Positions 20,579 through 29,986 of a stretch of DNA of 64,000 nt are shown piece after piece. The position numbers were made by a program, and so were the translations under genes. Within the stretch, counting starts at the first letter, position 1. Each line of letters begins with the position of its first letter. The notes under the pieces are model-generated. The model worked only from the letters and a program-made list of their open reading frames with translations, made no database searches and was not told where the DNA came from. The DNA is from a virus: the IMG/VR virus record IMGVR_UViG_3300032323_003820, positions 1 through 64,000 of that record, one strand, 5' to 3'.

Positions 20579-21302
20579 AAAAACTCATTATAATCCTTGG
20601 CCAATAGGTAAGGTACCCAAAAATTTACAAAGACCTGAGTTAGATAAAATAAAAGAACTTGGATATAATTGGCAAGACCCGAGAGACGTTGTAACAATTT
20701 TTGAGGAAAAAGTTGCAAATTTTTCTGGTAGTAAATTTGCCGTTAGTGTAGATTGTTGTTCACATGGTATTTTTTTATCACTCAAATATTTGCAACATAT
20801 AGGTGAACTTGAAGTCGGAAAGACTTTAACAATACCTAAAATGACTTATGTTTCCGCAGCAATGCAAATAGTTCATGCAGGTAATGAAGTCAACTTTGAA
20901 GATGTTGAATGGTCTGGTGTGTATCCTATAAAAGGTTGTCGTGTTTGGGATGGTGCGGTAAGGTGGAATAAAGATATGTATGTCGGAAACGATGCATTAC
21001 AAGTCGTGTCATTTCAAATTAAAAAAAGGGTACCTATTGGAAAAGGGGGTGTTATTTTAACGGATAGTGAAGATGCATTCAATTGGTTAAAATTGGCGTC
21101 TTATGATGGTAGGGATTTGAATACACCATACACCGACGAAAACCATATAAGTATAATTGGATATCATATGTATATGACACCTGAAGACGCTGCCAGAGGA
21201 ATTATTTTGATTGATAGTGTACCAGAACACAATGAGGATACGGGAAGCAATAATACTTACGTGGATGTGAGTAAAATATTCGAAAAACTTTACAAAAATT
21301 AA
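20565..21302 (+). CDS. DegT/DnrJ/EryC1/StrS PLP sugar aminotransferase (short form)
   Basis: FEEKVA.F.G.K.AVSVDCCS, VSFQIKK..IGKGG (PLP lysine region), GYHMYM. Confidence 0.8.
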   Translation: MEQNKKTHYNPWPIGKVPKNLQRPELDKIKELGYNWQDPRDVVTIFEEKVANFSGSKFAVSVDCCSHGIFLSLKYLQHIGELEVGKTLTIPKMTYVSAAMQIVHAGNEVNFEDVEWSGVYPIKGCRVWDGAVRWNKDMYVGNDALQVVSFQIKKRVPIGKGGVILTDSEDAFNWLKLASYDGRDLNTPYTDENHISIIGYHMYMTPEDAARGIILIDSVPEHNEDTGSNNTYVDVSKIFEKLYKN

Positions 21303-21303
21303 T

Positions 21304-22284
21304 ATGGGAAATAAAAAAGCATTTATCACAGGAATAAATGGTCAAGATGGAAGCTACTTGGCGGAGCATTTGCTTGACTTAGGATATGATGTCTACGGCA
21401 TCATTAGAAGAAACTCTACTGTTGAGTCACAACAGAATAGATTTACAGACGACATCAGAAATAAAATCACAATTCATTATGGTGACCTTTTAGACCAGTC
21501 AGGATTAGAAAGATTGTTAGATGAAATACAACCGGACGAAATTTACAATTTAGCGGCCCAAAGTCATGTAAGAATTAGTTTTGATATACCACAATTCACC
21601 GTACAGACAAATGCTTTAGGTACTCTGAATTTATTAGAAGCATACAGGAGGTCTTGTCCTAATTCCAAATTTTATCAAGCAAGTTCATCTGAGATGTTCG
21701 GTAATAGTGTTGATTCGGATGGATTCCAAAGAGAAACAACTCCGATGCATCCCGTCAGCCCTTATGGGTGTTCGAAATTATTTGCGTATAGTATTGTAAG
21801 AAATTATAGAAACGCATATAAACTACACGCGTGTAACGGGATTTTGTTTAATCACGAATCACCACGAAGAGGTTCTAACTTTGTTACAAACAAAGTAGTC
21901 AAAAAAGCAGTTGAAATAAAACTTGGACTATCTGAAAAATTAATTCTTGGAAATATGGATAGTTATCGTGATTGGGGTCATTCTAAGGACTATGTTAGAG
22001 CAATGCACATGATATTAAACCACGAAACTCCTGAAGATTTTGTAGTGTCAACTATGACAACACATTCAGTAAGAGAAATGGTTGAGTACGTCTTTGGTAA
22101 ACTTGATTTAGATTACAAAGAATATGTTTTTCAAGACGAAAAGTTCATGAGAGCGGAAGAATTAAAATATTTGAAGGGAGACTCGACAAAAATTAGAGCG
22201 TTGTTAGGATGGGAACCAGAATACACTTTCGAAACTCTTTTAGATGATATGATAAATGGATGGACAAATCGTTTATCCAAATAA
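21304..22284 (+). CDS. gmd: GDP-mannose 4,6-dehydratase
   Basis: ITGINGQDGSYLAE, NLAAQSHV, QASSSE, SPYGCSK, GILFNHESPRRG, RDWGH. Confidence 0.97.
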   Translation: MGNKKAFITGINGQDGSYLAEHLLDLGYDVYGIIRRNSTVESQQNRFTDDIRNKITIHYGDLLDQSGLERLLDEIQPDEIYNLAAQSHVRISFDIPQFTVQTNALGTLNLLEAYRRSCPNSKFYQASSSEMFGNSVDSDGFQRETTPMHPVSPYGCSKLFAYSIVRNYRNAYKLHACNGILFNHESPRRGSNFVTNKVVKKAVEIKLGLSEKLILGNMDSYRDWGHSKDYVRAMHMILNHETPEDFVVSTMTTHSVREMVEYVFGKLDLDYKEYVFQDEKFMRAEELKYLKGDSTKIRALLGWEPEYTFETLLDDMINGWTNRLSK

Positions 22285-22313
22285 AGAACAATTAATTAAA
22301 AAAAAATAAAAAA

Positions 22314-22949
22314 GTGAAAACACAAGATTGTTTTAATTGGGATTTTTACACCGAATCTTATTATGAGAACGAAATGTCAATGTTGTCTGAAAAATATAAT
22401 TTAGATTTAATTATTGATAATTTTGATATAGAAAATAATGAAATAGTTTTTAAAAATAATTTGCACAACAATTGGATGGAATTGTATCATCAAATACATA
22501 AATTGAAAGTAAGTTCAGTTTATGAGTGTGGTTGTGGTTGTGCACATCATTTAATAAACATATATAAAATCGATAATAACATAGATATTGGTGGGTGTGA
22601 TTATTCACAAAATCAAATAGATTTAGGTAAAAAATATTTTAATTTGGATAGTTACCCTTTCAAAGAAAAATTAAAAGTAATTGATTTGACTAATGATTTA
22701 TACGAAATTGATAAAACGTATGAATTTGTTTTTACTCAGGCGGTTGTAATGCATCTTTCTTATGAGAGAGCAAAAAAATTTTTATCAAATATAAAAAAAA
22801 TAACAAACAAATATATCTTTTTGATAGAAAATCTAAATTATCACGATTTTAATCAATTAATTAGTGAAGTCTTACCAGAATTTGAAAAAGTTGATTTAGA
22901 TAAAAAATATGTAGATTATGCGATATTATTAAAACGTAAAGGTTCATAA
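22314..22949 (+). CDS. Class I SAM methyltransferase
   Basis: VYECGCGC, GCDYS, FVFTQAVVMH; GTG start. Confidence 0.8.
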   Translation: MKTQDCFNWDFYTESYYENEMSMLSEKYNLDLIIDNFDIENNEIVFKNNLHNNWMELYHQIHKLKVSSVYECGCGCAHHLINIYKIDNNIDIGGCDYSQNQIDLGKKYFNLDSYPFKEKLKVIDLTNDLYEIDKTYEFVFTQAVVMHLSYERAKKFLSNIKKITNKYIFLIENLNYHDFNQLISEVLPEFEKVDLDKKYVDYAILLKRKGS

Positions 22950-22995
22950 TTTGAAGAGAAAAGATAAAAACAAAATAAATTTCTAAATTAAAAAA

Positions 22996-23730
22996 ATGAG
23001 TAAACCCACAAGAAAACCGTTAATCCCAACTCCAACAGAAGAGGTCAAAAAATACAAAACAAAAAAAGAACAAATTAATACAATTATAAATAAAAAAACT
23101 AAAAACAAATTTTTAAGTGAAAGTCAAAGAGAATATTATGATAAGTTAATAAATAATGAAATAACAATTTGTTCTGGTCCTGCGGGTGTTGGTAAAAGTT
23201 ATGTTGCAATGAAATCAGCGGTAGACCTTTTGATTGACCCGGGAACACCATACGAAAAAATTATAATTGTTAGACCAGCAGTTGAAGCTGAAGAAAAATT
23301 AGGTTCTCTTCCAGGTAATGTTGAAGAAAAATTAGACCCTTACATTTTCCCATCTTATTATCTATTGAATAAAATAGTTGGAAAAGAAATCAGAGAAAAA
23401 TTAAAAGAAATTGAAGCGATTGAAGTATTTGCTTTAGCTTATATGAGAGGTATGAATATTGACAATTCTATTTTAATATTTGAGGAAGCTCAAAACTCTA
23501 CTCCAGGTCAGATGAAACTTTTACTGACAAGAATTGGTTTCAATTCTAAGTTTTTTATATCCGGTGATTTAGAACAATTCGACAGACATAAAGATAAAAC
23601 TCAGACAGGTCTTTGGGATGCGATTAGTAAATTTAAAGATATGGATAGAGTCGGAATTCATGAATTTGAATCTAAAGACGTTGTCAGGAACCCCCTTATC
23701 TCCGAAATTTTGAAAAAATATGATGAATGA
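22996..23730 (+). CDS. phoH: PhoH-family ATPase
   Basis: GPAGVGKS, RPAVEAEEKLGSLPG, YMRG, EEAQN, GDLEQ. Confidence 0.95.
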   Translation: MSKPTRKPLIPTPTEEVKKYKTKKEQINTIINKKTKNKFLSESQREYYDKLINNEITICSGPAGVGKSYVAMKSAVDLLIDPGTPYEKIIIVRPAVEAEEKLGSLPGNVEEKLDPYIFPSYYLLNKIVGKEIREKLKEIEAIEVFALAYMRGMNIDNSILIFEEAQNSTPGQMKLLLTRIGFNSKFFISGDLEQFDRHKDKTQTGLWDAISKFKDMDRVGIHEFESKDVVRNPLISEILKKYDE

Positions 23731-24323
23731 AAATAGGTATTGATGTTAATAATGTTCTTAGGGATACCCTCACGAAAATAGAACAAGTTTATGAAAGATG
23801 GCTCATTGAAAACCATGATGATGATGAGGAAGATGAATTCAAATATGAAATTAAATCTCCTGTAACTTCATTAGACTTAATGAATCATTTATCTTTTAAA
23901 GATAAAGACCATCTTTATGATTTCTTGTATAAGGATTTTACCATGGAAATATTTGGTCACGCTGGTTCTGTCGAAATGACAACAATGAATGACCTTAATG
24001 ATTTCTACCATAATTTGAGGGAGTATCATGATATCATAATTGTTTCAGATGAGATTGGTAAATCAAAACCCGCAACTTTATTTTTTATTTCTAAATTTGG
24101 TTGTTTGATTGAAACAATTAAATTTTATTCTGAACAAACAAAAAAACAGATGTGGAAATCTGTAGATATTTTACTTACTGCGAATCCTGGACTACTTTTG
24201 AATAAACCATCGAAAAAAATGGTTATAAAATACGAAACCTCTTTTAATAAACACATTCACGCAGAACATACAATAACAAATTTAAAAGAACTCGAAAATA
24301 AAATAAAAGAAATTTATGGTTAA
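23727..24323 (+). CDS. HAD-superfamily 5'(3')-nucleotidase-like protein (degenerate motif I)
   Basis: IGIDVNNVLRD resembles DxDGVL; the layout fits phage NT5C-like proteins. Confidence 0.55.
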   Translation: MKIGIDVNNVLRDTLTKIEQVYERWLIENHDDDEEDEFKYEIKSPVTSLDLMNHLSFKDKDHLYDFLYKDFTMEIFGHAGSVEMTTMNDLNDFYHNLREYHDIIIVSDEIGKSKPATLFFISKFGCLIETIKFYSEQTKKQMWKSVDILLTANPGLLLNKPSKKMVIKYETSFNKHIHAEHTITNLKELENKIKEIYG

Positions 24324-24597
24324 CGTTTTGGGTGAAAACTATTTTATTGATTTGGACGCTGTCGAAGACTACTTAGATATGAGTTTGGAACCATCTATTG
24401 AAAATTCAGGTGTAACTGAAACTAAAGTAAATTTGATTAAATTTGAAATGGTCAAGATGCTATTAGAAGTTATATTGTCTGAAGATGTTGAGATGGATGA
24501 TAAATTGGGTATCAAATCATCAAATAGTTCAACTTCAATCCCATTCAAAATTGCATTCAATACTCTGTTAAATAAAAAATTAATTAACTATTATTAA
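24316..24597 (+). CDS. Hypothetical phage protein
   Basis: 93 aa, in operon. Confidence 0.7.
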   Translation: MVNVLGENYFIDLDAVEDYLDMSLEPSIENSGVTETKVNLIKFEMVKMLLEVILSEDVEMDDKLGIKSSNSSTSIPFKIAFNTLLNKKLINYY

Positions 24598-24600
24598 AAA

Positions 24601-25656
24601 ATGGAAAATAACTTAAAAGAAAAGGTTCAACAATCCATAGAGAACTTAAAAAATAAGACCTCAAGGATTTACTTCATGGTCCAAGACACCAAAGGAAATG
24701 CTAAAGCTTCTGTTAGATATATCTATCAAGTTGCTATGTCATTGAAAGAAGCAGGTTACAATGCAATAATTCTACACGAAAAAAACGACTACACTGGTGT
24801 GGGTGGATGGATGGGCCCTGAATATATGGAAAACATTCCACATAAGTCTATTGAAAAACAAAACTTAGAAATTGCGCCTGAAGACTTTATTGTCATACCT
24901 GAATTATTTGGTTATGTTATGGAACAAATCAAAAATATCCCATGTGGAAAAATAGTTATGACACAGTCTTACAAATACATGTTAGAAACGTTACAACCTG
25001 GTCAAACATGGCAACAATTTGGTTTTTTCAAATGTTTGACAACTACCCAAAAACAAAAAGAATATATCGAGGGAATCATGAAAAATGTGAGTGTTGATAT
25101 ATTAACTCCATACATTTCGGATGTTTTTGAAAAAAGAGAGTTACCTCCGATGCCAATTATTGGTATTCATTCAAGGGAACAATCCGATACAATTAATTTG
25201 ATAAAAACTTTTTATCTAAAGTTTCCACAATTTAGATGGTTCACATTTAGAGATTTGAGAGGTCTCAGTGAAAAAGAATTTGCAAACTCCTTAAAAGAAT
25301 GTTTTTTATCTGTTTGGATTGATAGAGAAAGTGGTTTTGGGACCTACCCAATAGAATCTATGGCCTGTGGTGTTCCTGTTATGGGACTTATCCCTGATAT
25401 GTTACCAGAATGGATGGTAGAAGAAAACGGAATTTGGGTTGATGACATAACTATGTTACCTGATTTTATTGCCGATTTCACACAAAATTGGTTAGAAGAT
25501 AATATCAAACCAGAACTATATTCTGGTATTGATGCAACTTCAGCAAAATATAAAAATAAAGATGAATTTAACAGTAAGAATTTAGAACTTTTCGATTCTT
25601 ACATAAAAACAAGAGTTGAGTCTTTAGAATCACAAATTTCAAAATTAGAAGATTAA
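24601..25656 (+). CDS. Glycosyltransferase, GT-B fold
   Basis: DFIVIPE, ESGFGTYPIESMACGVPV (GT4-type Ex7E motif). Confidence 0.8.
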   Translation: MENNLKEKVQQSIENLKNKTSRIYFMVQDTKGNAKASVRYIYQVAMSLKEAGYNAIILHEKNDYTGVGGWMGPEYMENIPHKSIEKQNLEIAPEDFIVIPELFGYVMEQIKNIPCGKIVMTQSYKYMLETLQPGQTWQQFGFFKCLTTTQKQKEYIEGIMKNVSVDILTPYISDVFEKRELPPMPIIGIHSREQSDTINLIKTFYLKFPQFRWFTFRDLRGLSEKEFANSLKECFLSVWIDRESGFGTYPIESMACGVPVMGLIPDMLPEWMVEENGIWVDDITMLPDFIADFTQNWLEDNIKPELYSGIDATSAKYKNKDEFNSKNLELFDSYIKTRVESLESQISKLED

Positions 25657-25657
25657 T

Positions 25658-26464
25658 ATGAAAAATAAATTACCAGTTTCAGTAATTCTGCCAATAAAAT
25701 CTGCAATTGTAAAAGACTTTGAAGATTACTTTGACAAAGCAATAAAGTCTATAATATCAAATGACGTAATTCCTTCCGAGTTAGTAATTGTTCATACACA
25801 AGAAGAAAAATTAGTCAACTTTTTGAACAGTTATAATTTCGAAGAACTAAACGTAAAAAAATTAAAGTTTGAAGACTCACCAAATTATTGTTCACAAGTT
25901 AATTTTGGTATAAAAAGTAGCGAATACGAATGGGTTTCAATATTCGAATTCGATGATGAATATTCATCCATATGGTTCCGAAATGTAAAAAAATACATGG
26001 ACGCATATCCAACCGCTCAGGTTTTACTACCTGTCGTTGTTGATACCGATTCAAAAGGAATGTTTGCAGGATTCACAAATGAAGCAGTTTTCGCAGCAAA
26101 CTTCACTCAAGAATTAGGATATCTAACAAATGAAACTTTACAAAATTATCAGAATTTTCAAACCGCAGGTTCAGTTATAAAAAAACAAGTTTTCGAAGAT
26201 TTCGGTTATTTCAAGTCATCAATCAAGTTAACATTTGTATATGAATTTCTTTTGAGACTAACATATAATTCAGTGAACATAATGACTATTCCAAAACTTG
26301 GTTATAAACATTTGAACATGAGAGAAGGTTCAATATTTTGGTCTTACAAAAACTCATCAGAAAAAATGCTTGAGGATGAAGTTAAATTTTGGTTAGCAAC
26401 TGCAAAAAAAGAATACTTTTTTGTTGAGGATAGAACCATAAAATATGAACCACAAGAATCCTAA
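25658..26464 (+). CDS. Glycosyltransferase family 2-like
   Basis: VSVILP, N.GI...EWVSIFEFDD, EFLLRL. Confidence 0.8.
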   Translation: MKNKLPVSVILPIKSAIVKDFEDYFDKAIKSIISNDVIPSELVIVHTQEEKLVNFLNSYNFEELNVKKLKFEDSPNYCSQVNFGIKSSEYEWVSIFEFDDEYSSIWFRNVKKYMDAYPTAQVLLPVVVDTDSKGMFAGFTNEAVFAANFTQELGYLTNETLQNYQNFQTAGSVIKKQVFEDFGYFKSSIKLTFVYEFLLRLTYNSVNIMTIPKLGYKHLNMREGSIFWSYKNSSEKMLEDEVKFWLATAKKEYFFVEDRTIKYEPQES

Positions 26465-27213
26465 TGAACTTAACTCTGTCCGCAATAACAGAGGATGTTG
26501 TAACAAAAAAAAGAGGTAGAAAAGCTCAAAAAGAAAACTACTTTGATATCAGAGAAGAAGAAGCGGTAAAACGATTCTTAATAGCAAAAACGTCCGAAGA
26601 AAAAAACAAAATCTACAATGAGTTCTTAAGAGCTCCTTTGGATAAGATGATATCTTCAATAATTAGAAGATATAAGTTATATAGAAAAGATATGGATTTT
26701 CAAGAAATTCATGTTGATACACATTCTTTTCTAATGACAAAAGTGGATAAATTTAAGCCTTCCAAAAACAAAAAGGCATATTCATATTTTGGTACGATAT
26801 GCAAAAACTATTTGATGGGTCAAATTATAAAAGACCAAAAAGAAACAAATAGAAAAATATCGTATGAGGATGTATCCTCCGCTTTAGAAGAAAGACCTGA
26901 TATGATTTATACAATAGATGACGACACTTTGGGTGTTGAAGTTGTTATTTCTGTATACATAAAAGAATTAAAAGATTTTATAGATAATGAATCTTTAAGT
27001 GATAATGAAAAAAAGTTGGGTTATGCATTGGTAGACCTATTCGATAATTACGAAACAATATTTTCTTCGACAGATAATAACAAATTTAATAAAAACATTA
27101 TCTTATTGTCTCTCAGAGAAATGACGAATTTGTCCACCAAAGAAATAAGGACATCTATAAAAAAATTCAAGAAACTATATCTTGGGATTCAAAGTAAATT
27201 AAAAAATTACTAA
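26464..27213 (+). CDS. Phage late sigma factor (T4 gp55-like)
   Basis: NYF..., KFKPSKNKKAYSYFGTICKNYL resembles the gp55 region-2 motif F(D/N)P.K..(N)A(F/Y).YF..I. Confidence 0.65.
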   Translation: MNLTLSAITEDVVTKKRGRKAQKENYFDIREEEAVKRFLIAKTSEEKNKIYNEFLRAPLDKMISSIIRRYKLYRKDMDFQEIHVDTHSFLMTKVDKFKPSKNKKAYSYFGTICKNYLMGQIIKDQKETNRKISYEDVSSALEERPDMIYTIDDDTLGVEVVISVYIKELKDFIDNESLSDNEKKLGYALVDLFDNYETIFSSTDNNKFNKNIILLSLREMTNLSTKEIRTSIKKFKKLYLGIQSKLKNY

Positions 27214-27218
27214 AAAAG

Positions 27219-27226
27219 TATTTATA
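27219..27226 (+). promoter_or_regulatory. Putative late promoter TATTTATA
   Basis: 3 nt before ATG 27230, at the head of the baseplate-region operon. Confidence 0.65.
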
Positions 27227-27229
27227 GAT

Positions 27230-27592
27230 ATGCCAAGACCTCAAAAAAAAGAAATTAATTTTACTAAAGAGAGTATTTTATCTCTCATGCAAGAAATATA
27301 TAATGAGTTAGTTGAACAGAGAAATACCGCAATCAGAATTCAAAATAAAATGTTAACGATGATGAAAGACCCTGAAGATATGACAATGATTGGTCCTGTA
27401 ATTGAAAAACAACAAAAAATTATTAATGATTGTGTTGAAAAAAAAATAAACCTCTCCAAAATACAATCAAGTATTTGGGAGAAATCTAACTCTTCACAAG
27501 AATCATTCTCGCTAGCAGATTTGGATGATGATTTGATTCAAAATTTGATTGAAAAGGATGTGTCTAAAGATGAAGAGTCATATAGAATCTAA
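27230..27592 (+). CDS. Hypothetical coiled-coil phage protein
   Basis: 120 aa ORF. Confidence 0.7.
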   Translation: MPRPQKKEINFTKESILSLMQEIYNELVEQRNTAIRIQNKMLTMMKDPEDMTMIGPVIEKQQKIINDCVEKKINLSKIQSSIWEKSNSSQESFSLADLDDDLIQNLIEKDVSKDEESYRI

Positions 27593-27597
27593 AATTT

Positions 27598-29781
27598 ATG
27601 GCTCTTTCATTACCAGAACAACAATCTCAGATTGAAAACAGACTGACGGCACTGAAAACTTATAATGAAGTTTCAGATGCCCAAAAAAAAATTCTTTCTA
27701 AAGCTGGCAATTCTTTTTCAAATGTTGGAAATAAGTTTTCCTCTCAATTAAATAAAATTTCGGAGCAACAAAAACGATTCCAAAGAGATGCCCCTACATC
27801 GATGGATAGGGTACTAAATCTTTTGAATATCACTAACGGGGCGGGACCTGAAAGTTTTAAATTTTTAAGGAGGGCATTAATTCAAACATTAGTTGAAATT
27901 GGTCCTCAAATTAACAAGATACTTGCTGAAGAAACAATAAAGGCTTTAGGATGTTCACAAGAACAAACTTATACTGGAATTAATGTTGGTGAGGTACAAG
28001 TACCGAGTCTTGCATTACTTCCTTCAAATCAAGGTATCTATGTTCCTTTAAAAAATATTGATTTATCGGGTAGTTTGAAAATTCCAACCCCCGAAGAAAG
28101 TGGTGTAAAGGAAAATCTATCAGACCTAAACCCTACCGATGTATTATTCAATTTTCAATCAACCTTAAAAGGTTGGTTGGGTAAAATATATTACGAAAAA
28201 GAAATACCCTCTAAATCTGACGAATTTGTACCATATGGAGGTGCGGTAAAATATCCTATGTTGAAAGCGTTGAGACAAAGGACCCAATCCCAAGGTCAAA
28301 CCTACGAAAATAACTATGGGGCATACTATAATGGTAAATCAGGTGATTATTTATTCGACTTAGTTTATACAAACCAAGGTGGTTTAGGGGAAAGTGGTGA
28401 TTTTCTGAGAGTCTTTCTTTTAGATAGAGAAGGTGCACCTAAAAATCCTTCAGGATTCTCGATGAACAATGTGACAGAATTCGTTCAGGATTACTATTCA
28501 ACGATTGAAACTTTTGCATTACCTCAAGTATTAGCAACTACAGTAAATTATCTAACAAATTTTGCAGATATAAAGGCGAGGGTTGGTTTTGCACAAATGG
28601 AGGCACAAAATAAGTTTGCATTACTTTTGAATAGAATTTTAGGACTTTGCTTTGACGACAGAGAAGAAATCGATGTTAGTGGTAATGCAAAAGTTGGGGA
28701 ACTTGATGGGGTGGATGATGCTTTTTTTGAATTTACTGAAGTAGATTTGAGAAACATTGAATTCAATATTGCTGACGCTCAACAGGGTGTTGTAACCTTT
28801 ATAGATTGCGACAATGTCAAGTTACCCGTAGATGCAGACTCAATTGCAACACAAATTGTAGAATTTTCAGACAATTTACCTACACAAACAAAGGCTGAGC
28901 AAGTTGATGCAATAGAAAAAATAATTGATTCAATTACTAAGGACCCGAAGTGGAAACTTTTATACCCGAATACCGCGGGTATCGATGTATCTATAAGTAA
29001 AAATTTTATCAAACAACTTCCTGTGGCCTTAGCTTCTTCCATACTAAATCCAAAGGTATTATTACCTCTTATGACTATGTTCAAGGTATTGGAAAAAAAC
29101 GTAAGTGATGATGCAAACGATATTATCAGACAACAGAATGAACTAATATCATCAGCGAATACAATATTAAAATCAGGTACAACAATTGGTCAACAAGTTT
29201 CCAAAGAGATAAATGATGGTGTGGATTTTGTAAAAAAGAATAAGACGTTCGTAATTACTTTAGTATCAAGAATTTCTGCAATATTCATAGAAACTCTTTT
29301 CGAAATTTTGAAAAGGGAAATCTTTGTTTTACTCGAAGTTATAATAAGAGACATTAATAAGTCCGCAACTCTCAAAAAATATGCAATCATTCTTAGGTTA
29401 GTCCAATTAGCATACGTTATTGGTAGATTTGTTAGGGATTATAGAAAGTGTAAGTCTCTATTGGATGAAATTGCAATGTTGTTACAAATGATAAGTAATT
29501 CAGTTGGGGCAATAAGACTGCCGGCATTTCTTAATTTATTTGCGGCTCTTTTACCAGGATTTTCACCCGAAAGAGCAACATTGAACGTTATTGAGGAGCT
29601 TCAAAAACTTGGAATACCTACCGGTCCAGGGCCAGACGGTTCTGATAACTTAATGAATCAGTTTGTTAAATCAGTTATATCTGGTATGGATTCCGAAGAA
29701 AGTCAAAACGGTAAAGTACAGACATCTGTAGCATTAGCTCCACCAATCGGATTAATAAGCACATACGGAAAAAAAATGTAA
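27598..29781 (+). CDS. Large hypothetical protein, probably baseplate/tail-associated
   Basis: 727 aa, directly upstream of the spike-like gene. Confidence 0.6.
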   Translation: MALSLPEQQSQIENRLTALKTYNEVSDAQKKILSKAGNSFSNVGNKFSSQLNKISEQQKRFQRDAPTSMDRVLNLLNITNGAGPESFKFLRRALIQTLVEIGPQINKILAEETIKALGCSQEQTYTGINVGEVQVPSLALLPSNQGIYVPLKNIDLSGSLKIPTPEESGVKENLSDLNPTDVLFNFQSTLKGWLGKIYYEKEIPSKSDEFVPYGGAVKYPMLKALRQRTQSQGQTYENNYGAYYNGKSGDYLFDLVYTNQGGLGESGDFLRVFLLDREGAPKNPSGFSMNNVTEFVQDYYSTIETFALPQVLATTVNYLTNFADIKARVGFAQMEAQNKFALLLNRILGLCFDDREEIDVSGNAKVGELDGVDDAFFEFTEVDLRNIEFNIADAQQGVVTFIDCDNVKLPVDADSIATQIVEFSDNLPTQTKAEQVDAIEKIIDSITKDPKWKLLYPNTAGIDVSISKNFIKQLPVALASSILNPKVLLPLMTMFKVLEKNVSDDANDIIRQQNELISSANTILKSGTTIGQQVSKEINDGVDFVKKNKTFVITLVSRISAIFIETLFEILKREIFVLLEVIIRDINKSATLKKYAIILRLVQLAYVIGRFVRDYRKCKSLLDEIAMLLQMISNSVGAIRLPAFLNLFAALLPGFSPERATLNVIEELQKLGIPTGPGPDGSDNLMNQFVKSVISGMDSEESQNGKVQTSVALAPPIGLISTYGKKM

Positions 29782-29782
29782 A

Positions 29783-29986
29783 ATGACAAAAGAAGAATTA
29801 GAGCAAATAATTGATTCGCAAAAGGATTTGAAAAATATACCAAATTCGACTTTGATTTCACAGATGGATTTATTGACTCAAGATTTTGACAATACTAAAG
29901 AAAAAATAATAAGTATGACTTATTATTTAGATAAAGTGGAAGAGTTATATAATAATATATTATCAGAATATCAAAATAGAGTATAA
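29783..29986 (+). CDS. Hypothetical protein
   Basis: 67 aa, tightly coupled to its neighbours. Confidence 0.65.
   Translation: MTKEELEQIIDSQKDLKNIPNSTLISQMDLLTQDFDNTKEKIISMTYYLDKVEELYNNILSEYQNRV

Noticed and set aside
8277-26464. Bacterial O-antigen/capsule locus
   Set aside because: No wzx, wzy, wzz or initiating transferase; interleaved with dUTPase, exonuclease, PhoH and a phage sigma, and contiguous with virion genes.
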